Shown piece by piece: positions 32,638-46,309 of a stretch of DNA of 64,000 nucleotides; positions within the stretch are counted from its first letter, which is position 1, and each line of letters opens with the position of its first letter. The position numbers and the translations under genes were made by a program. Origin of the DNA: Eledone cirrhosa (lineage: Eukaryota); assembly GCA_964016885.1 (NCBI GenBank), contig OZ024749.1, positions 12,152,001 to 12,216,000 of the forward strand, read 5' to 3'. The notes under the pieces are model-generated. The model did no database searches. It saw nothing but the letters and a program-made list of their open reading frames with translations, and was not told the origin of the DNA.

Positions 32638-35570
32638 ATAATAATAATAATGAAATTATTGTGTACAGTGCTCAGGTGCACTACAACTTATCAAAGGTGC
32701 ATGTAGAGTGCATAGAATAATATACAAATGTCAGAGAAGTGTACGAGTCGTGATATACATGTGTGCGTGTATATGGAGGGGGAATATTAGGTGTAGAGTT
32801 GGCAAATATCAGGAAAAAATGGAGGTTTTAAAGGATGCAGTGTCTCGACAGCTAACAACTGATGCAGGTAATTTGATCCATGCTTCAGCAACTCTGAGTA
32901 AGAAAAAATGTTTCCGAAAGTCATGGGAGCTGTGCTGTTTTCTGACTTTGTTGGCATGTCCACGTGTGTTAGACACATGGAAATCAAAAAGGTACTCAGG
33001 GTTGTTGTTGGCAAGATGGTTAATAATTTTGTGGGTATTTACCAAGTCAGTTGCCAGACGTCGGAGCTTCAATGCATCCATGCCCAGGGAAGCAAGGCGC
33101 TCAGAGTATGGTAGATGCCTGATGGAGGGTATTCGCTTGGTTGCATGTCCTTGAACAGTTTCCAGGCGGTCAATGTTCTGAGCAAGATAGGGGTTCCAGA
33201 CTGGTGATGCAAATTCTAAGTGTGGCCGCACCATAGCTATATACAGCTTTAAATAGATAGCTAGAGAGCGGCTGACAAAGGTCTTGCTGAGTGATGCTAA
33301 GACACCCTCGGCCTTCTTGACAATTTTAGAGACGTGTTTCGTCCAATGCAAATCGCTGTTGACAGTAATGCCCAGGTCATGTTCACAAGAAGACTTCTTG
33401 ATATTAATTAGTGTTGTGGAGGGAGTATGTGGACGCTGGGTTTCTACTCCCAAAATGCATGGTGGTACACTTGTCCACAGCCAGCTTGAGTTGCCAGTCC
33501 GTGATCCATTGTTGCATTGTGTCCAGGTCAGATTGCAGGCAAGATCTATAGTGTTCAGTATCTGTCCTTTTTATCTCAAGGTACAGCTTGATGTCATCTG
33601 CATATTTCAGTACCGTGGCATTCTTTAAGTTGGCATCTATGTCATTAATATATGCCACAAACAAAAGAGGACTAAGAACAGATCTCTGTGGTACACCAGA
33701 TGACATCTCATATGGTGAGGAATGCTGTCCTAGAACCGTGACTACCTCTCTTCGACTGAGAATGAAGGATTTCAACCAGTTAAAAAGATCATCCTTCACA
33801 CCCATTGCAGAGAGTTTTGCCATAAGCCTTTTGTGTGGCACAGAATTGAAAGCTTCAGCAAAGTCAAGGTAAACAATATCCACCCATGAACCACCATCAA
33901 TGATCTGGGTGATGTCTTCAAGAAACTCGATAAGTTGATCACAACAGCTGGAGTTAGGGATAAATCCAAATTGTGAGGGCCGGATAAGACTGTGAGAGTT
34001 CCAGAAGTTCCAAAGTGTTTCTCTGACACAGGATTCCATCAGTTTGGCAATGCATCTAGTAAGACTGACTGGACGATAGTTCACAGGTGATGTGCAGTCA
34101 CCCTTTTTGAACAGAGGAATGACACTGGCAGTTTTCCACTGTTCTGGAGTAGCACTATTGTTCAGACAGAATTGGAAGAAGCGAGATAGCTGGTGCAGAA
34201 GGAAGTACCCACCACGTTTGAGAAGCAGGTACGTAACACCATCAAGACCAGGAGAGGCATGGTTGCATTTATTTTTGAGGTGTTGCAGCAGTGCAGGTGT
34301 AAATTCCATAGTTGTAATAGAATCGATGTCAGAGGTGGTGGAGATGGTACACTCTGGTCTTCAACAGTGAAAATGCCTGTATAGCATTCAGCAAAGAGTT
34401 CTGCGCATCCCTTAGGGTCGTCAGTAACCTGGCTTGTGTGGGGATTGCGAAGAGGACCAACTGGAGAGTGAGGCCTCTGCTTTGAATGAATATACTTCCA
34501 GAACACCTTACTGTCAAGGTTGGTTGCTATGCGCTGCTCAAATTCAAGCACTGCCTTTTTTTGTCACCTGCTCGAGATGGTTGGATGATTTATTTCGCTT
34601 TTTCCTATTGATATCTGATTTATGCAGTCTGTACTCACATTCAGCGTTACAACGTTCTTTCCTGGCAAGATGGACTGCTGCAGTCTCCCAAATTGCACTT
34701 TTGGGATGTTTTTTCTGCTTACATGGCACCGATGCTGCACAAACTGTCCATATTGAGTTCAGGATCTTCTGGAGTACAGTGTTGACATCTCCAGAGTCGT
34801 AAAACTCAAGCCAGTTTGGACGTTGCAGCTCGGTGCAGTAACAATTCCAGTCCGCTTTATTCCAGTCAAAGTGAGCAGTTTGGAGATGGTTGTGGTTTTT
34901 GTTACTGCCCATGAGGGATAGATTGGCAATGATCATAGCATGATCGGAGTTACCTAAAGGTTCCTCAGTAGTGGCACTAATAACCATTTCAGGAGTAGTG
35001 GTGAAGAGTAAATCCAAAGTGTTGTCACCTCTTGTTGGGGAGGTGACTACTTGGGACAAGTTCGAGTCCAGCACTAGCTCAAGGAAATCATTTGCACTTT
35101 GCGGTCAGTGGAAGGTTTCCCAGTCAATCTCAGGGTGATTGAAGTCCCCTGCAATAAAAACATAAGTGGATGTTTTCCTGGCAGTAGGTCTGAGGATATC
35201 ACAAAGTTTAGTGTCCTGATGGTAATTTGGAGGCCGGTAAACAACTCCAAGTAGCAATGTTGATATGGTCATACGTATATCACAGAAAAATACTTCTTGC
35301 TGCGATTGATTCAAATCAACAGAAGGAATTGCTGAAAAATTTGACCGAACGTAGACCATTACACCACCACGATTAATGCGGTCTTTACGAAACAAGTTGT
35401 AGCCAGTTATGCTGTAAACCCCATCACAGAGTAAGGAATGTGCCCATGTTTCCATGACTGTAATGAAGTCAGGGTCAATACTTTTGACGTAGGATTCAAA
35501 AAGATGTATCTTATTGCATAGACTATGTGCATTTAAGGACAACAATTTGTACCTTGATTCCAGTCTATGA
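32638..35570 (-). mobile_element. CR1-clade LINE ORF2 (APE + RT), frameshifted, with (TTA)n tail
   Basis: LSLNAHSL, VMETW, GVVYRPP, AGDFNHPEIDW, PTRGDNTLDL, SPGLDG, NYRPVSLT, VYLDFAEAFNSVPH, KYADD, VRPHLEFASPVWNPY. Confidence 0.93.
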
Positions 35571-36260
35571 TTATGTGCAGGGGATGACAGGTTATATTTT
35601 TTTATATTGCACATTATAATAGAAAACAATATCAATCTTCTTATTAATGATGAAAACTTATTTGGTATCAAACACAGCAGTTCAGATTTTTTTTTAAATT
35701 AAAGAATTGCTATGGAATTTGAAGCAGCGCAATGTGTTTCCCATTAGAATGAAACGATCTGATAAATCCCCTGCCCCCCTCCCAATTCAGTTTATCAGTG
35801 TTATACAATGTTCTGAAAAAATCTGAAATATTTAGCATAAGGAATAGGGCAGAACTAAAATTATTGTGTATGTGTGTGTGTACATGTGAATATGTGTTTT
35901 TTTAAATGTTTATATGTGTGTGTGGTAGATAAAATGGCATATCAACACCAGAACACTAGTCTTGTGATTAGACAAGACTTTCACAAAAATTGGATAATTT
36001 TTCAGTGCTAAAATATTCTTGAGCCCTGAATCAGCATTAACCCTTAACAAACATAGATACGTTACATTAAAGTAACGTTATAGCTGGGATAAAGCTAGAC
36101 ACACACATACACATAAAATTGTCTAAGCTAAATCCAAAGAGAGATTACACAAACTTTCTTCACTCTCCCACACACTACAACCATTGGCCTCAGACATGAG
36201 CCCATGCTAGAAATAACAGCAAAATTTCCAAATTTCCCAAATGACAACAACAATGATAAT

Positions 36261-36427
36261 TGTTTCTACTTTTGGCACAAGGCCTGCAAATTCCCCAGTA
36301 CATTACTGGTACTTTATTTTATCGACCCCGTAAGGATGAAAGGCAAAGTCAACCTCGGCGGGATTTGAACTCAGATGCTGGAAAGCATGGCGTCCGACCC
36401 TCTACCGATACTGCTAATCCCTTGCCC
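36261..36427 (-). mobile_element. Meta-domain-like SINE with TSD
   Basis: Family core; AACAATGATAAT on both flanks. Confidence 0.8.
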
Positions 36428-36933
36428 TAACAATGATAATGATAATTATAATGACAATTGATGAACATATACAATGTCAGTTGTTTATCATCTTCCCCAA
36501 AAATCAGAAATTTCTTGAAAATCCCATCAAAGGAAATGTTTTCAGTGGTCCTTTTTTTAACAATTCTGCCAATCCAATGCCCTTGGACTAACATTTATCT
36601 ATTGACCCTGAAAGGATGAAAGGCAAAGGTAACCATGTTGGAATTTGAACTAAAAGTACAGTTCAATAAACAGATAACTCAAAATCCCTCCAAATTCTTA
36701 TCATCATCATCATCATTGTTTAACATCTATCTTCCATGCTAGCATGGGTTAGATGGGTTTGTCCCATTTAGCGGCAAGTTGAGTCGGGTGACCATATAGG
36801 ACTGTTTCTGGCTGGTTTTCTACGGCTGGCTATCATTCCTAATGCCAACACATTTACAGTGTGTGTTGGCTGCTTTTTGTCATGACACCTACACGGCCAC
36901 TTTACAGTGTGGAAGATGGTCGTTAAACGATGA

Positions 36934-36986
<53 letters not shown>

Positions 36987-36989
36987 ATA

Positions 36990-37545
36990 TCATCATCATC
37001 ATTTAACATCCATCTTCCACACTGGCATGGGTAGGACCGGTTGACCCTTAGGGAGAAGATCAGGTCAGAGGACATGTTTAGCTCACCTGGGGCAGATTTT
37101 GGCTTGGTTTCTACAGCTGGGTGCCCCTCCTAACTCCAACCACATTTAGTGTGTGCTGAGTGCTTTTTGTCATGTCACCTACACGACCACATTACAGTGG
37201 GGACTGGGCACTTTTTGTCATGTCACCAATATGACCACTTTACAGTGGGGACTGGGCACTTTTTGTCATGTCACCAATATGACCACTTTACAGTGGGGAC
37301 TGGGCACTTTTGTCTTGGAACTAGGGAGGGGGGAGGAAGCTTGGGGAAATTGCAGACGTAGGCAATAGGGGAGGGATGGTTACTTGAAAGGGAGGTGTAT
37401 GGGAGGGGAGAAGGTTGAGGAAGGTGTTGCCTACTAGGTATAAGCCTCAGCCCGAGAATAATAGAGGGCGGGTCTTCTGTAATACTGCATAGCGCCAGAG
37501 GTCGTGATCCTGGGTCATCGCCTTGATGAGGTGTAATTGTGCTTT
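36990..37545 (-). mobile_element. RTE 3' end with an internal ~39-bp triplication
   Basis: (CAT)n tail, GGGCGGGTCTTCTG ORF end, CACTTTACAGTGGGGACTGGGCAC repeated three times. Confidence 0.7.
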
Positions 37546-37899
37546 TATCTCATCCCAAATATGGTAACAAAAGGGTTATGTTGTAAACTCCAGATAAGTT
37601 TAGTTATATTACTAAATCTCTGAAAATTCTTATTTTCAAAATTACTTTTGCAGTGTCTTTCATTCAAAATATGGAAAAGAAATGGCTAAGTTATATTGTA
37701 AACATCATCCTCATAAACACGATATCTCAAAATTTTTCATTAATTTTGAAATTATTTGAAACTCATAGCCACTGTATGGTAATGAAAGGGTTAAACATAA
37801 ACCAGCAGTACTTTGATACTGATAAGCTGTCTACTATGAGATAGAAGGAACAAACTTTTAGTGGAGTATTTCTTTGCTTGTTATTGTAGCAACAGCCCC

Positions 37900-38220
37900 A
37901 AACACTTTACAGAGTGTACTGAGCGCATGTTATGACACCAGCACCAACACTTTACAGAGTGTACTGGGTGCATTACAGCAACAGCACTTTACAGAGTGTA
38001 CTGGGTGCATGTTACAACAACAATACCAACACTTTACAGAGTGCATGGGTGCATGTTACAACAACAATATCAACACTTTACAGAGTGCACTGGGTGCATG
38101 TTACAACAACAATATCAACACTTTACAGAGTGCACTGGGTGCATGTTACAACAACAGCACCAACACTTTACAGAGTGTACTGGGTGCATTACAACACCAG
38201 CACTTTACAGAGTGTACTGG
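37900..38220 (+). repeat. ~36-45-bp tandem repeat, ~8 copies
   Basis: CACTTTACAGAGTGTACTGGGTGCATGTTACAACAAC units. Confidence 0.9.
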
Positions 38221-39039
38221 AATTATTTTATCGTATATATAAGATGTTATGTATAAAATAAATATGTAATTGTGTGAAAAGTGATGCTAAGAAAGTTAAC
38301 TAATGGTAAAATTGTGAGGAATGACAAAAAAAGTTATTGTTTAGTTGAGGAACAGATTTTATGAAGAAAAACTCCAGAACAATGAGCAAAGAATATTTCT
38401 ACTGTTTAGCTAGAGAATATATTGATTTTAAAGTCACATGACCAGAATAGCTTTACATCAATATCTGGCTAAACCTCAACAACTCTCTCTCGCCCTCTCA
38501 TCCTTTCTTTCTCGCCCTCTCCGTCCCTCTCTCATTATTTCTCTCTTGCCCTCTCATCCTTTCTCTCCCTCCCTCTCATTTTTCTCTTGCCCTCTCTCTC
38601 TCATTTCTCCCTCTAACTTTATTTTGAATGGCAACAAATGAATTTGCAAAGTGTCTCTGTGAATGTATGGGTGTATGGGTGTATGTGTGTGTATGTATAG
38701 GTGTATGTGTGTGTATGTATGGGTATGTGTGTATGTATGGATGTGTGTGTGTGTGTGTGTGTGGATGTGTGTGTAACGGTGTATGTGTGTGTAACGGTGT
38801 ATGTGTGCGTATCAGTGAATGTGTGCATATCGGTGTGTGTGTGTGCGCGTGCATGTAAAGAAAAATGAGATAGTTGGTAAATTTCTTTCTTCGTTGCACC
38901 TGTAATAGCTATTTATAGAGAGGAGCTGATCAGGTTTCAGTTCTGATATTAAAGCAATAAGATTTTATTTCTTTCATGTTTGCTTGGTAAAGCAAGATCA
39001 ATTTCTGTGAAGCTTCAGGATATGGGAGACCACTGGCTG

Positions 39040-39272
39040 TGATATGTTCTCCATCTCCAGCTTAGGCACTTCGGACACAAACCCTGGCATCACAGCACGC
39101 CTCGCAGAAGAACGAAAAATAAACAAATACCGGGGATTGTCCAGCCGCTTCCTCTTCGCACCGGTCGCCATCAAGACCTCAGGTCTATTTGCCGAGCTCC
39201 TCCGCAAGATCGGAACGTCGGTGGCCTGTCTGAGGAAGGAAGCCTCGCGAGGTTGGGTGGCTGTTGCAACAG
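39040..39272 (+). mobile_element. Second CRE-like endonuclease fragment
   Basis: ARLAEERKINKYRGLSSRFLFAPVAIKTSG...AELLRKIG, homologous to the 140-676 ORF. Confidence 0.65.
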
Positions 39273-39284
39273 GTATCACTTGTC

Positions 39285-39613
39285 ATTGTCCTGTTGTGGG
39301 CAGTGTCCGGTCGGCTGACCTTGTCTTGCTCATACGAAACTGATTCTGGCTTGATTTCTACAGCTGGATGTCCTTCTTAACACCAACCTCATTTACAGTG
39401 AGTGCTGGGTGCTTTTTTTTTCCGTGGTGCCTAAACGTCCACTTTACAGTGTGGGCTGGGTGCTTTTTTGCCGTGGCACCTCCACGACCACTTTGCAGTG
39501 ATACCCCAGTCCTATCATCTCATTTCTACAGCTGAGTAAACTGGAGCAATGTGAAATAAAGGGTCTTGCTCAAGGAAACAACACATCACACGGTCCGAGA
39601 ATTGAACTCACAA
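39285..39613 (-). mobile_element. tRNA/Nin-like SINE, partial
   Basis: Matches 51640-51970. Confidence 0.8.
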
Positions 39614-40174
39614 TCTACAATACAAAACTGTGAGCTTTAAAGTATTTATATTAATGTAAAAATCTTTCATCACAGTTTAATACTGAGAAAGTTAATTATA
39701 TTAGTAAATCCTTTCAAATTTATGATTATTTTCAAAATGATTTCAAAATTAAAGGCAGTCTCTCACATTAGAAATACAGTAATGAAAGGGTTAATCACTA
39801 TAGCTAACACATAATCCCATATAAGAGAGCAAGCTGATGAATGCAAGAAATTAACTTTTATTATTTAGTCCTCATAAATTATACAATCCAAAACTACATA
39901 TTTGCCAATAACAAGCATGATGACATTTTGTTGATATTTAATTAAATCTCAATTTTTTAATTACAATTAATATTATTTAGCAACATATAGTAAATCAGAT
40001 GTGAGTGGGATACAGTGATTAGTTAACCTTTATGATACCAACCTGCCTAAAATAGCCTCTGGTTTTATCAAACGAAGCTACATATTTTATATGGGTTCCT
40101 AATTAAATTAAAAGCTTCCAGCATAATTTTATATAAGAACAATTAACTTATGTTACCAATGCTATCTCAATAAT

Positions 40175-40357
40175 TGTTTCTACTTTAGGCACAAGGCCAG
40201 CAATTACCCAGTGCATTACTGGTACTTTATTTTATCGACCCCGTAAGGATGAAAGGCAAAGTCAACCTCGGCGGGATTTGAACTCAGATGGTAAAGGAAC
40301 GTAACTATGCTGGAAAGCATGGCGTCCGACCCTCTACCGATACTGCCAATCCACCGC
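40175..40357 (-). mobile_element. Full-length Meta-domain-like SINE inserted in a family B MITE
   Basis: CCAATGCTATCTCAATAAT duplicated at 40156-40174 and 40358-40376. Confidence 0.85.
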
Positions 40358-40995
40358 CCAATGCTATCTCAATAATGAAATAACGTTAGTAAATCCCTCC
40401 AACATCTTCCTTAATTGAAATAGGGTCTCAAAAAAGTTAAATTAAAATATTCCAACATAATTTTATATAAGACCCATATGCTATGTTACCATCTTAGTAA
40501 TGAAATAATTTTAGTAACTCCTTCATTGATTAATTGAAATAGAGTATTTAATTAGAAACATTATGAAATGGTTAAGAAGTTATTTAGAGTATTTTCTTAC
40601 ATCTATATTAAGTGATAAGTAGTTTTAGATATGAAATTTTAATTATTTTTCATTTAACTTTGGATGCCTTTACGCTGCAATTCTTTGCCTGCTTGTACTG
40701 CAAGTACAAGAAGGCAAACTTATTTCCAAGTCAAGCTTTGTAGGCCTCCTTTTCTCAGATGGCATCTTGGACCCCTTGATTGAACCAAGGAGTCCTCCTG
40801 AAATCTGGCACCACACCAAGCATCTTTTGCCCACAGCATTTAACAGCTGAAGCAGAAACTGCTGAGCTGAACAATCTCCACTGTCTCAACGTCCTCAGTT
40901 TGCTTAGGGAGTTCTCTGAATTTGAATGTAATAGCATCTGCATACCTGGTCCTGACTTCCTTATCCACCAACGCCTCCCACTTCATCCTATCTAT

Positions 40996-41270
40996 ATCAT
41001 TAACACTTTCTTACCATATATCTAATGAAAGACACTGCCTATATCATTAACCCTTTCATTACCATATTTCTAATGAAAGATACTACCTATGTCATTAACC
41101 CTTTCATTACCATATTTCTAATGAAAGATACTACCTATGTCATTAACCCTTTCATTACCATATTTCTAATGAAAGATACTATGTCATTAACCCTTCCATT
41201 ACCATATTTCTAATGAAAGACACTGCCTCTGCCATTAACCCTTTTATTACCATATTTCTAATGAAAGACT
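40996..41270 (+). repeat. 48-bp tandem repeat of the MITE family B left end (6 copies)
   Basis: TCATTAACCCTTTCATTACCATATTTCTAATGAAAGATACTACCTATG repeated, then continues into the MITE body. Confidence 0.88.
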
Positions 41271-42057
41271 ATGTGTTCCTATTAATTCTGAAAGTAACCA
41301 AAAATGTGGTCGAATTTGACAAAATAATTAAGTTTTCATTAGTAAGCTCATATTTAGAGCATTACTTAAACATTTCTAAAATATAATTATGATGGAAGGT
41401 TTTAATATAAATATAAAGTCTAACCCATGCTAGCGTGGAAGATGGACGTTAAACGAAGATGATGATGATAAACATTTTAAAATGAACAGTTTTGTATCAT
41501 AAATCCAGGGTGGTTTCAGGTGGGTTGATATCAAAAGGATTAATATGAAAATGAAAATTGAAAAAATCTTTCAACAGAATAGAAATAACTCAAGATAAAA
41601 CTACAAGGTTATGTGAATATGGTGGTGTGAAATATAATGTAACAAACTGCAACTAAAATACTTTGATAATCATTCTGAGTTTTCCCTTCCTCTCAGCAGG
41701 TTACACCCCTATTGTTTTACTAATGTTAATAAGGGTGTAGCTTGTGATGAGAATGTCACAGATTTGTTATCAAAACATTTCTGTTATTCAACATTTAAAC
41801 TGATGAGTTTCGAATACATTCAATTTTTATATAGTATTTGAATGCTTTCAATCCTCTTAAAATAATACAAAGTAATTTTATGAAAATAGACAACCCATGC
41901 CTGCATGAAAAACTGACATAAACTGATGAAAATATTGACAACAAAAAGGACTTGTAGGTCCTATAAATTTGCTATATAGTTCATATTTTCTATAACAGTC
42001 AAATCTGTGTAATTGCATAGTGTCAGTGAATGGAATTCTTATAAATTTTACCAATAC

Positions 42058-42173
42058 ATACAGTTTAGTATTATAGAACTAGGGGCAGTTTCAGACGGTT
42101 TGGTATCAGAGTTAATTAACTCTGATACCAAACTGTCTGAAACTGCCCCTAGTTCTATGATACTAAACTGTAT
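42058..42173. repeat. Near-perfect spacerless 116-bp palindrome of the MITE family B end
   Basis: Arms 42058-42115 and 42116-42173, centre GTTAA|TTAAC, 2 mismatches. Confidence 0.92.
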
Positions 42174-42722
42174 ATTTTAACCCTTTTGATACAAATCCAC
42201 TTGAAACCAGCCCTGGTTCTACACATGTTTATTTTTAAGGTGTTTATATTTATCTAAAAACCTTCCATCATAATTCGATATAAGAACCTTCTCTGAGTTA
42301 TGCTTCAAACACCAGTTTACTAATGAGAAAGTTATTTATATTACTAAATCCCTCAAAATTCTTGAGAAAATGACTTAAAACCCAGTGTGGCTTCAGCCAG
42401 TAGTTTGGAAATGAAAAGAGTGTCTTAAATTAGAAATATGGTAATGGAAGGGTTAAAGCATTTATATATATCTAAAATAACTGATATATTAAGAATAATT
42501 TAAATACATCTGATTCTTTTGATAATGTCATTTTAACTCATGAAAATGGAAACACCCAAAATCATTTTATTCATATCAAATCAAGATAAAAATATTCAAT
42601 TGTATGCTTCGTTTCCACAACTTTTTCCCCACAATCAGAAAAGAATTTAGGCAATTAACCAAAATTGATATTTGCATATACAGTGAATTTGCATAAGTAG
42701 TGAATTGGCAGAGTCATTAGAG

Positions 42723-42868
42723 CAGGCATGTCAAAGGTGCGGCCCACACAAAGGTTTTTACAGCGCGAGCATGTTATATCTTTGTAATATAAAATTTAAA
42801 AAATTAGTCATGTGTGGTCCTGAGACAATACATATGTGACTCATGTGACCCTCAGTTTGACATGCCTG
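42723..42868. mobile_element. hAT-type MITE inserted in a SINE head
   Basis: TIR CAGGCATGTCAAA / TTTGACATGCCTG; 8-bp TSD CATTAGAG / CATTAGGG. Confidence 0.82.
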
Positions 42869-43270
42869 CATTAGGGCATTTTTGTTCCAGCTTTCTGCAT
42901 TCTGAGTTCAAATCCCACCAACATCAATTTTGTATTTCATCCTGTCAAGATTAATTAATAAAGTAGCTGTCCTGGAGCAGTAGATTGGTGAAATTACTAA
43001 AGAGTCTGACAAAATGCTTTGCAGTATCTGTTCTGACTGTATTCGTAGTTCAAATTCCAGTTGATATCACAAGAAAAGCATTGGTGTTTCTTCAAAGAGT
43101 TACAACCAGTAGATAGTATGAGTGATGACTAATGTAAATATAGTTTCTTAGGTCTAATCTACTGTTTGGATTCTTCCTATTTGTAATAGAACTAATCAAT
43201 TTTACAGCATCTCATACTAAATGGTTCTGTGTTCTGAAAAGTTATGCATTGAAAATAACTATACAATCAA

Positions 43271-43472
43271 CCCTTTAGCATTTACATTACTCTATACTAC
43301 TATTTTCACGGTAAACACTTTACCTCACATAATATTGAATCTACGAGATTTTGATGATATTTATTTTGAGAACAATACCATAACATAAGTTTGAGCAGCC
43401 GGTTATAGCCAGTTTGAACAGAAAGAGGTGAGAGAATTCTGGCCGGATACGGCTGGTTTAAATGCTAAAGGG
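43271..43472 (+). mobile_element. piggyBac-like MITE family A
   Basis: CCCTTTAGCATTT ... AAATGCTAAAGGG|TTAA. Confidence 0.75.
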
Positions 43473-43792
43473 TTAAGGGGCACTGACTCTATTTAAAAGG
43501 GTTTTATTACTAACCCTTTTGCTGCCATATTTTTAATGAAATATGATTTTCAAATAATTTTGAAAATAATCAAGAATTTGGAGTGATTTAGTAATATTAC
43601 TAACTTTCTCATTATCAAGCTGGTATTTGGAGCATAACTTAACAGTGTCTTAAAGTGATGATGGAAGGTTTGTTGCTTTTTAGATAAATAAAAACACTTT
43701 AAATTAAACTGTTTTGTATTGTAAAACCAGGGGCAGTTTCAAGCAGTTTGGTGGAATCATCCATATTTGAAAGTGTTTCTGTCTAACATTTT

Positions 43793-46309
43793 AACTTATA
43801 TAACCTTACTGTTGTTTTACAATTGGTACTTTACTATAACTTACATATAACCTTACTGTAGCTTTATCATTGGTACTTTACTATAACTTACATATAACCT
43901 TACTGTTGCTTTACAATTGGTACTTTACTATAACTTACATATAACCTTACTGTTGTTTTACAATTGGTACTTTACTATAACTTACATATAACCTTACTGT
44001 AGCTTTATCATTGGTACTTTACTATAACTTACATATAACCTTACTGTTGTTTTACAATTGGTACTTTACTATAACTTACATATAACCTTACTGTAGCTTT
44101 ATCATTGGTACTTTACTATAACTTACCTATGACCTTACTGTAGCTTTACAATTGGTACTTTACTATAACTTACATATAACCTTACTGTAGCTTTATCATT
44201 GGTACTTTACTATAACTTACATATAACCTTACTGTTGTTTTACAATTGGTACTTTACTATAACTTACATATAACCTTACTGTAGCTTTATCATTGGTACT
44301 TTACTATAACTTACCTATGACCTTACTGTAGCTTTACAATTGGTACTTTACTATAACTTACATATAACCTTACTGTAGCTTTATCATTGGTACTTTACTA
44401 TAACTTACCTATGACCTTACTGTAGCTTTACAATTGGTACTTTACTATAACTTACATATAACCTTACTGTAGCTTTATCATTGGTACTTTACTATAACTT
44501 ACATATAACCTTACTGTAGCTTTATCATTGGTACTTTACTATAACTTACATATAACCTTACTGTAGCTTTATCATTGGTACTTTACTATAACTTACCTAT
44601 GACCTTACTGTAGCTTTACAATTGGTACTTTACTATAACTTACATATAACCTTACTGTAGCTTTATCATTGGTACTTTACTATAACTTACCTATGACCTT
44701 ACTGTAGCTTTACAATTGGTACTTTACTATAACTTACATATAACCTTACTGTAGCTTTATCATTGGTACTTTACTATAACTTACATATAACCTTACTGTA
44801 GCTTTATCATTGGTACTTTACTATAACTTACATATAACCTTACTGTAGCTTTATCATTGGTACTTTACTATAACTTACCTATGACCTTACTGTAGCTTTA
44901 CAATTGGTACTTTACTATAACTTACATATAACCTTACTGTAGCTTTATCATTGGTACTTTACTATAACTTACCTATGACCTTACTGTAGCTTTACAATTG
45001 GTACTTTACTATAACTTACATATAACCTTACTGTAGCTTTATCATTGGTACTTTACTATAACTTACATATAACCTTACTGTAGCTTTATCATTGGTACTT
45101 TACTATAACTTACCTATGACCTTACTGTAGCTTTACAATTGGTACTTTACTATAACTTACATATAACCTTACTGTAGCTTTATCATTGGTACTTTACTAT
45201 AACTTACCTATGACCTTACTGTAGCTTTACAATTGGTACTTTACTATAACTTACATATAACCTTACTGTAGCTTTATCATTGGTACTTTACTATAACTTA
45301 CATATAACCTTACTGTAGCTTTATCATTGGTATTTTACTATAACTTACATATAACCTTACTGTAGCTTTACAATTGGTATTTTACTATAACTTACATATA
45401 ACCTTACTGTAGCTTTATCATTGGTACTTTACTATAACTTACATATAACCTTACTGCAGCTTTACAATTGGTATTTTACTATAACTTACATATAACCTTA
45501 CTGTAGCTTTATCATTGGTACTTTACTATAACTTACCTATGACCTTACTGTAGCTTTATCATTGGTACTTTACTATAACTTACCTATAACCTTACTGTAG
45601 CTTTATCATTGGTACTTTACTATAACTTACATATAACCTTACTGCAGCTTTACAATTGGTATTTTACTATAACTTACATATAACCTTACTGTAGCTTTAT
45701 CATTGGTACTTTACTATAACTTACCTATGACCTTACTGTAGCTTTATCATTGGTACTTTACTATAACTTACCTATAACCTTACTGTAGCTTTATCATTGG
45801 TACTTTACTATAACTTACCTATAACCTTACTGTAGCTTTATCATTGGTACTTTACTATAACTTACATATAACCTTACTGTAGCTTTATCATTGGTACTTT
45901 ACTATAACTTACATATAACCTTACTGTAGCTTTATCATTGGTACTTTACTATAACTTACATATAACCTTACTGTAGCTTTATCATTGGTACTTTACTATA
46001 ACTTACATATAACCTTACTGTAGCTTTATCATTGGTACTTTACTATAACTTACATATAACCTTACTGTAGCTTTATCATTGGTACTTTACTATAACTTAC
46101 CTATGACCTTACTGTAGCTTTATCATTGGTACTTTACTATAACTTACATATAACCTTACTGTAGCTTTATCATTGGTACTTTACTATAACTTACATATAA
46201 CCTTACTGTAGCTTTACAATTGGTACTTTACTATAACTTACATATAACCTTACTGTAGCTTTATCATTGGTACTTTACTATAACTTACCTATGACCTTAC
46301 TGTAGCTTT
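43793..46309 (+). repeat. 47-bp minisatellite, ~53 copies
   Basis: Unit AACTTACATATAACCTTACTGTAGCTTTATCATTGGTACTTTACTAT with alternating variants. Confidence 0.97.

Noticed and set aside
41744-41815. C/D snoRNA (GTGATGA...CTGA) or hammerhead (CTGATGAG)
   Set aside because: Weak terminal stem and no recognisable guide; the hammerhead lacks GAAA and stem I
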